From the human T2T-CHM13v2.0 reference genome, Homo sapiens: a stretch of DNA of 64,000 nt. Location: the NCBI RefSeq assembly GCF_009914755.1, contig NC_060935.1; one strand, given 5' to 3'. Shown piece by piece: positions 59,290-64,000 of the stretch. The notes beneath the pieces are model-generated. The model saw nothing but the letters and a program-made list of their open reading frames with translations, ran no database searches and had not been told where the DNA came from. The translations under genes were made by a program, and so were the position numbers. Positions within the stretch are counted from its first letter, which is position 1. Each line of letters begins with the position of its first letter.

Positions 59290-60524
59290 TTGCGTAGACC
59301 CAGTTTAGTCATGTTACTAATTCTGCAATACTATGAGTTCACATTTATCAAATTTAACTATTTTGTCCCTGATTATCATGTTGATATGTTTATATATCTT
59401 TTAAACTTAAAATGCATAAAAATAGAATCAGCAAGTAACATAATTAATTAAACTCATAAATCCATAACTGGTTCAGAAAATATGCTTGTAGTCCTTGATA
59501 TAGTTGAAACTATGGGAACACATTTAGAGATACATAAACTGTGCTCACAGGACTAGATTTTAGAAGACACATGTCTTAGTTTCTACTACCAGGAAAATAG
59601 AAAAACCTGCCTGATCTGGGAACATAATGTTTTTTAGGTATTTACTCAAAAATTTGGTTTCTGAATAAAAAATAATAGTTGTTCATTAAAACATGGAGGA
59701 ATAGGAACAATACTCACTAACCAGCCATTAAATTATAGTCCATGAATCTAAGTAAATCTATCTGTATGCAAAATATTTGGTTGATTCAATGAGTCATAAA
59801 TTAATTATGTTAAAGGTAATTTTGCATAGTATAAATTTGGAAATATTTTTAAATGTTTTTTAGTTTTAAATACAGTTTTATATTTCAACAATATTATTAT
59901 AAATTTTATATTATGACCACAAAACAAAGATAGATACTACATGATTCTGGGTTTCCATAAAGAACAGATGATGAAAGAATATTTGAACAATCCCTTCGGA
60001 AATATTACTGAACAAAATCTAGAATTTGATAAGTCTCTACATAAAATGCAAACTACCCTATAAGTGTAATTAAAATATAATACACATAAAAGTCTGCACA
60101 AACACATCCAGAAAATAAATTGATTAAAAGACTAGTTTTCATTATAAAAATAATAAAACCTACTTTAAGATGTTCAAAAATCCTTAAAAAAAAATAAGGA
60201 ATAAGAAAACGCTTGTAAGTTTCAAAATAAAATACAATTATATTTTGTTACATATTTGTCTATTCTTCTCGTTACGCATTTATTCACTAGGTGAAAATGT
60301 TTTCAAACAACTTTTAACTTTTTCTTTTAATAGGATATTAATTAATTTCCATGCCTTTGAACTCTCCTTCAACGAATTCACTTTTCTAAGATTCCTCATT
60401 AAATGCAAGATTCTTGCAACCAAAGGTTATGCTTTATTTATCTTTCCATCTTCAGAATCTCTCTCTGATTCACGTTGAGAGACACTATATGTTTATCAAT
60501 TTATTGACTAGACTCACATTCTGT

Positions 60525-60914
60525 TTTTCCCCCAGCTTTATTGAGCTGTTCTTGACAAGGAAAAATTGTATATTTTCAGGTATACAATGTGATTTTTTGA
60601 TACAGTAAACATTGTAAAATGATTACCACAAACAAGCTAAGTAATGTACCTATCACCTTACATAATTATGAGTTTTTGTATGTATGCTGAGAACACTTAC
60701 AATCAACTTCCTTTACTAATTCCAATTATACAATACATTATTAATAACTAGTTACCAGGCTGAATATTAAACCTCCAGAACTTTCTCATCATGCATAACT
60801 GAATCTTTATAGCTTTGACCAACATCTCCTCATTTGTCCTACCCCTCAACCCCTGGAAACCACTATCCTACTCTCTGCTTTCATAAATTTGACTTTCTTT
60901 AGATTCCACATATA
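60525..60914 (-). mobile_element. L1MA-like 3' end, interrupted by Hsmar2; resumes at about 62630-62680
   Basis: cagctttattgag...ttagattccacata | aaatcatgtagtatttgcctctatgtgtctgacttatttca. Confidence 0.75.
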
Positions 60915-62628
60915 TGAGCAGTCTTCAAAAGGTTCCAAGAAAATGTGTGTTATGAAAAAACTATGCATGGATTTCAAAATATTTTGCACCAAAACAGCCT
61001 CAAACTAATTTGTTCCACCGTGTCTGAATAGAATCTAGTTTGAGGCACTAAGAAGAATAGAACTTCAGTCTGAAAAGAGTTATATTGCAACAACATGAAT
61101 TTTGCTAACATTGAAGTCAAGATCAAGCATCAAATTTATGGTAAAGCTTGAGTGGAAGAATGATGAAATCATTGATGCTTTACAAAAAGTTGATGGGGAC
61201 AATACCTCAAATAAATCGGCAGTTTACAAATGGATAACTCATTGTATAAAGAGACAAGATAATGTAGATGATTATCTTACCCCTTCATATAATTATCATT
61301 AGAAAATAAATTAGATTATCATTAGGTATCCACGTTACAGTGCTGATTTGACTCCTTCTGACTTCTTTTTGTTTAATAATCTTAAAAAATCCGAAACGTG
61401 CAGTGGCAGACCATCTGCATCAATTTGCAAGGAAAAAAATTCATCTCATTCATGTCCTAATTGAAAAAGACTGAAGATTAACAGAAGAAACAATAACCAA
61501 CACCAAAGACATCTCAATTTGTTCAGCTTATACAATTCTGTCTAAGCATTTAAACTTGAGCAAATTTTCCACTCTATGGGGGTCAGAACTGTCATGTCCA
61601 GATCAGATGCAGATAAGAGCAAAACTTTCAATGGAAATTTTGAACAAGTGGGATCAAGGTCTGGAAGCATTTCTTTGACGAATGGTAATGTGAAGTGAAG
61701 CATGGCTTTATCAGTATGATCCTGAGGACAAAGCACAATCGAAGCATTGGCTGCCTAAGGGTAAAAGTGGTCCAGTTGAAGCAAAAATGGACTAGTCAAG
61801 AGCAAAGGTCATGGCAACAATATTTTTGGGAAGCTCAAGTCGCTTGTTGGCTTTCTGGAGGGCTAAAGAATGAAAATATTTCATTATGAGGGTGTTTTGA
61901 GAAAGTTAGTTAAAGGTTTGGCAGAAAAAAAAAATGCCCAGGAAAGCTTCACCAGAGTCCTTGTCCACAATGACAATGGTCCTGCTCATTTCTTCCATCA
62001 AACAAGGGCAATTTTGCAAGAGTTTCAATGGGAAATCATTAGATACCCATATTATAGTCCTTACTTGGCTACTTCTGGCTTCTTCCTGTTTCTTAATCTT
62101 AAAAAATCTGTAAAAAGCATCCATTTTTCTTTAATTAATAATGTAAAAAGACTGCATCGACATGGTTAAATTCCCAGGACCCTCAGTTCGTCAGAGAGGA
62201 GCTAAATGGCTATTACAATCACTTACAAAAGTGTCTTGAACTTGATAAGGCTTACGTTAAGAAATAAAGTTTATGTTTTTGCTTTTAATCTTTATTTTAT
62301 GTTATTTTTAAGGATCTCAGTCTGTCACCCAGGCTGGAGTGCAGTTGTAGAATCATAACTCACTGCCTCCTTGCCTTCCCAGGCTCAAGGGATCCTCCTG
62401 ACTCAGACTCTCAGGTAGCTGGGAATACAGGCATGTACCACCAGAATCAGCTAATTTTTAAATTTTTTTTGTAGAGAGGAGGTCTCACTATGTTGCCCAG
62501 GCTGGTCTCAAACTCCTGGCCTCAAGGTATTCTCCAATCTCAGCTTTCCAAAGAACTTGCATTACAGGCATGAGTCATGACTGGCCTCATTTTATATTTT
62601 AATTCGATTTTTCCATAAACTTTGCGAA
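60915..62628 (+). mobile_element. HSMAR2: Hsmar2 mariner, near full length, decayed transposase
   Basis: TA + tgagcagtcttcaaaaggttc 5' TIR; ORF remnants IKFMVKLEWKNDEIIDALQKV...SAVYKWIT and HNDNGPAH...YPYYSPYLA; eroded 3' TIR ttccataaacttt. Confidence 0.9.
62290..62586 (-). mobile_element. AluJ inserted in the Hsmar2 3' region
   Basis: Diverged antisense dimeric Alu. Confidence 0.85.
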
Positions 62629-62929
62629 TTAAAATCATGTAGTATTTGCCTCTATGTGTCTGACTTATTTCAGTTATTAGACTCATTTTTTAATGAAAAT
62701 ATTCATTTGATAAACATCACTTTTAGATCAGGTGCTTTATCCTAATAGTAATAGTATATAGTAATAATCACAACTATTATTATACACTGATCTTTTACTA
62801 TGCTCCAGATACTAGACTAGAGGCTTCACTTTCATTCATATTTTTACCTATGTATTCATTCAACATACATTTGTTTAGCGCTTACTCCTGAAGAGATGTT
62901 TGTGAGTAAAAACAATGCTGCTGTTGCTG

Positions 62930-64000
62930 CTGTAGCACTTAGAAATATTTTGGGGATGAATCCTTGGGATCAACACTTATGGAGGGGAAGAAAGTAGGAT
63001 TGGGCAGAGCAAGGAATTGAAATACAATTGCAGTTCAGTTACAATAAAGTTCTCAGCTGATCTACAAGGAACTTTGGGACTAGCATTGCCCTTTAGAGTG
63101 GTCCAGCATTGAACCAAAGTGACCGAGAATTTATACTCTTATGCCAAACAGTCATTGTGATATAGGCTACTCTTGGAAAGGAATTGGTCAAACCTACTCT
63201 ATACAGCTAAGAGCAATTCACACAGAGGGAATCTGCTAAGAGCTGGCAGACACCATACTCCCTCCAGCACAGAGAAATCAGTGTCTCTGTCCTGAAGAAA
63301 AGTTGTTGGTGAAACAATACAGCAACCCCTATAGTCTACTCCCTGTACCACTTGGATACACTTGCTTTATATAATAAATTTTTAGAATAATTATTCCAGG
63401 AAAAAAGTTTGGTTCCTTTTCCTAGGAAAATGCCTAAGAGGAGTATTAGTGAGACAAACTGCAGTCTCCACTATTGCAACTGGTGTTGAGGTTATAACTG
63501 AAAGAAACTCAACATCTCCTCCATCTATTACTCATTCTCGACTCCTCATACCCTAATCATATACCTCTGCAGGTCAAGATGACTTACCTGGTACATAGAT
63601 CCTTCATCCTGGAGGGGTCTTAGTCCCTGATCACTATTTCCTCCTTTCACTATAAATGCTACTCTTGATTACTTATGATCAAAATTGTGCAAGAGATTTC
63701 CAAAAGATGCCTCGGTGGATTATCTGGATGCCAGATATATTATTTTCTGTCTCTATTGTATATCAGCAGCCCTAACCTTTCCTAATAGGGGAATTCTTAT
63801 GAGGTACTTAAGCTGCATTGCTGCAGGATCCTTTATCCTGGAGTCAGGGACTCTCGCATCTGAAAATTGGATCATGTTCAAAAACTAAGCAAGGAATTAT
63901 GACTTTTTGATGATTCATCTGCCCTCAGCCTTCTGATCATTCATCCTTGATATATTTTATTACATAATTTGCACATAACTGTTTTGACTTTTGATCTATC
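62930..64000 (-). mobile_element. LTR16-like LTR (to about 63333) with adjoining ERVL internal sequence
   Basis: ttgggatcaacacttatggagggg...ggattgggcagag...cccttta gagtggtcc...cagtcattgtga matches the recalled antisense LTR16A; runs off the window. Confidence 0.6.

Noticed and set aside
61102-62169. Domesticated mariner transposase
   Set aside because: Multiple stops and frameshifts plus an internal insertion; it is a relic.

Overview
This is AT-rich human genomic DNA; the L1HS-Ta diagnostic bases identify it as human. It is intergenic or deep-intronic and consists mostly of transposable elements. I found no host exon, RNA gene or CRISPR array, and no new protein-coding system. The main structure is a nested retrotransposon stack at about 1.4-11 kb. 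A full-length L1HS Ta-1nd (2601-8626) has an intact ORF1 and ORF0, but ORF2 is broken by a frameshift and a nonsense codon. It carries an approximately 730-bp 3' transduction with its own ATTAAA signal and poly(A). The whole 6.8-kb cassette is bounded by a 13-bp TSD inside a truncated L1PA2-like element, which appears to interrupt an ancient L1M. Other content includes two twin-primed (5'-inverted) L1s, a full-length SVA with a 16-bp TSD inside a Tigger4-like fragment, a near-full Hsmar2 mariner with a misplaced copy of its YSPDL region, a MADE1 MITE, an Alu-tail-derived GGAA/GAAA microsatellite, and many Alu, MIR, L2, MaLR/ERVL and MER fragments. Two neighbouring L1s of different age share two non-consensus substitutions, which may reflect local gene conversion. 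Subfamily calls and consensus comparisons rely on recalled consensus sequences and need RepeatMasker/Dfam confirmation.
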